Virus record (IMG/VR): IMGVR_UViG_3300048856_000141
Location: 1 to 35,785 of that record
DNA: 35,785 bases
DNA from: a virus
Taxonomy: Duplodnaviria; Caudoviricetes
Direction: 5' to 3' (one strand)
Shown here: piece by piece, positions 34,153 to 35,785 of the stretch
Layout: each line of letters begins with the position of its first letter
Position numbering within the stretch: the stretch's first letter is position 1
Position numbers and translations under genes: made by a program
Notes under the pieces: model-generated
What the model saw: the letters and a program-made list of their open reading frames with translations, nothing else
Told to the model about the DNA's origin: nothing
Databases searched by the model: none

Positions 34153-35785
34153 ACGCCTGTATTTATCCTCTGATGAAATCCATATGGCCGATATGCAGCT
34201 GGTGCTTGAGCTGAGTGCCTGCGGGCGCGGGTTTATTACCGCGCAGACGGAAACGGACTATACCGGCAAAGTGGTCCGTATCGATGCCGGATATTCTGAC
34301 CAACTTTACCGCTGGTTTACCGGCTACGTGGAGCGTTCACAGCCTGCGGAAAACGGCTGCCAGCGCCTGTTTGTGCGTGAGCTGGTCGGCATATTTGATA
34401 AGCCGTGGCCGTGCAGCTTTCAGCATCCCACGCTACGCACCATCACGGACTGGCTGACGGAAAACAGCGGCCTGACGTTTATTCTGGCGGACGGTGCTGC
34501 CTATACCGATAAGCCGATCCCCCATTTCATGCACAGCGGCAGCGGCTTTCAGCTGCTGGCCGCGCTGGGCGCCGCGTTCGGCATTGATGACTATATCTGG
34601 TATCAGCTGCCGGGCGGGGATGTGTTTGTGGGCAGTGCAGCGCATGGCATGTTTGCCGGTAAACCTGTCACCATCCCCGACGAATTCAGCCAGAGCGTGG
34701 CGGCGGGGGATTCCGTGAAGCTGGCGCCGGTACCGTCCCTGCGTCCGGGCGTGGTCGTAAATGAAAAGCGCGTAAGCACTGTCCGCCTGCATAACGACGA
34801 AATGACGCTGACCTGGGCCGCGTCCAGCGGCGTGACGGCGGCAAAAAGCCCGCTGGTCCGGCAGATGGAAAGGGCGTACCCGGAGCTGGCCGGCGGACAA
34901 CATCTGCCGAAATTTGCCCGCGTGGAGGCACCGGCGGAGAACGTGGCCTGCGGTGATATTGCCGATCCCTTTCGCCCGCGCTATGCCGTGGATCTGCAGC
35001 TGCTGGACGCGGACGGCAGGCCCGCCGCCGGTACGCCGGTTTATCCCGCCGTGCCGCTACCGGTGCCGATGGCCGGTAATGAGTCCGGCATGTTTCAGTT
35101 CCCGCCGCCGGGTACGCTGGTCGAAGTGGCGTTCACGGATGGTCGCCCGGACAAGCCGTTTATCCGCCAGACGCTGGCGCAGGGCAACAGCCTGCCGGAC
35201 GTTAAGCCCGGCGAGCAGCTGCAACAGCAGCGCGAGGGCGTGTCACAACGCGTGACAGTGGCAGGAGACTGGGAGCGCCAGACCGACCAGACGATCCGTG
35301 AAACATCCATGAGCCGGATTATCGTCGCTGACGACGAAACCCGCACGCTGGTTGCGCGTGAAACCACGATTCAGGCGACGGATAAAACCACGGTGCTGGG
35401 AACGGCCAGCCTGATGGCCGGAGCCGTTCAGCAGGTGACCAGTGGCGATTACGCGCTGGCGAGCGGCGGTAATCTGGTGACCAGCGTGGCTAATGATGCC
35501 AGTTTGCAGGCGGGTGGCAGCCTGACGGAAAAAATTGCGCAGCTGCGGCAGAGCATCGCCGGGGCGCGGCAGGAAATCATTGCGCCGGTAGTGTGGGTGG
35601 GGAGTCAGTCCATCAACGTGATGCAGCTGATGCTGGAGACGCTGGACGTGGTGCAGCAGCTGGCGGCGCAGACGGCCAGCCATACGCACAGCGGCACGGG
35701 CGCGCCGCAGAACGCCAGCGCTATCAGCGCAACCGGCAGCAGCGCCGCAGGACTCCAGACAAAATATAAACCGGTCATCGGATAG
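34139..35785 (+). CDS. HP1-type baseplate hub/spike protein
   Basis: L.LSACGRGF, DPFRPRYAVDLQLLD, PPPGTLVEVAF..GRPDKPF, C-terminal HTH (His-x-His) spike-tip motif. The stop is the last codon of the window. Confidence 0.75.
   Translation: MRPVKRLYLSSDEIHMADMQLVLELSACGRGFITAQTETDYTGKVVRIDAGYSDQLYRWFTGYVERSQPAENGCQRLFVRELVGIFDKPWPCSFQHPTLRTITDWLTENSGLTFILADGAAYTDKPIPHFMHSGSGFQLLAALGAAFGIDDYIWYQLPGGDVFVGSAAHGMFAGKPVTIPDEFSQSVAAGDSVKLAPVPSLRPGVVVNEKRVSTVRLHNDEMTLTWAASSGVTAAKSPLVRQMERAYPELAGGQHLPKFARVEAPAENVACGDIADPFRPRYAVDLQLLDADGRPAAGTPVYPAVPLPVPMAGNESGMFQFPPPGTLVEVAFTDGRPDKPFIRQTLAQGNSLPDVKPGEQLQQQREGVSQRVTVAGDWERQTDQTIRETSMSRIIVADDETRTLVARETTIQATDKTTVLGTASLMAGAVQQVTSGDYALASGGNLVTSVANDASLQAGGSLTEKIAQLRQSIAGARQEIIAPVVWVGSQSINVMQLMLETLDVVQQLAAQTASHTHSGTGAPQNASAISATGSSAAGLQTKYKPVIG

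Larger units (their letters stand above)
21777..35785. mobile_element. Element 2: head-less, lysis-less HP1/K139-like tail cluster (putative second tailocin)
   Basis: ogr-like gene on the minus strand, then tail completion, sheath, tube, chaperone, tape measure, baseplate, fibre, tfa and three baseplate genes in HP1-like order. The last gene ends at the window edge. Confidence 0.85.

Noticed and set aside
1857-35785. One or two intact inducible prophages
   Set aside because: No capsid, portal, terminase or scaffold ORF, no intact integrase, and the gaps where they belong (6730-7300, 22949-23461) are too short.
14871-35785. T6SS or toxin-loaded eCIS (PVC/Afp-like)
   Set aside because: Proteins and gene order are P2/HP1 phage-type with tape measures. 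No membrane complex, AAA+ ATPase or recognisable effector gene in the window.
7304-35785. Tail donor for capsid-forming satellites
   Set aside because: Not excluded, but both modules lost the S-like and head-completion joining genes, which favours stand-alone tails.

Overview
An enterobacterial chromosomal segment. It starts with a membrane diguanylate cyclase and a small hypothetical gene, followed by two adjacent head-less contractile phage-tail gene clusters from different P2-related lineages. Element 1 (~1857-21411) derives from a coliphage 186-like phage. It keeps an intact SOS switch (LexA box, tum, cI with operators, ogr/B), an intact rolling-circle initiator gpA with its origin, a full lysis cassette and a full tail. 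It has lost or eroded int, apl, cII, all head and packaging genes, and gene S. Its short tail fibre is attached to a three-site, three-cassette invertase shufflon. Element 2 (~21777-35785) is HP1/K139-like. It keeps only a PH-SHOCT gene, an ogr-like activator and a complete tail module. cox, head-completion, S-like and spanin genes survive only as eroded relics, and repressor, replication, head, holin and endolysin genes are gone. The best reading (inference) is a domesticated double tailocin locus: two different R-type tail particles sharing one SOS trigger, one in-situ amplification origin and one lysis cassette. All homology calls come from recalled family sequences and gene order, not database searches.
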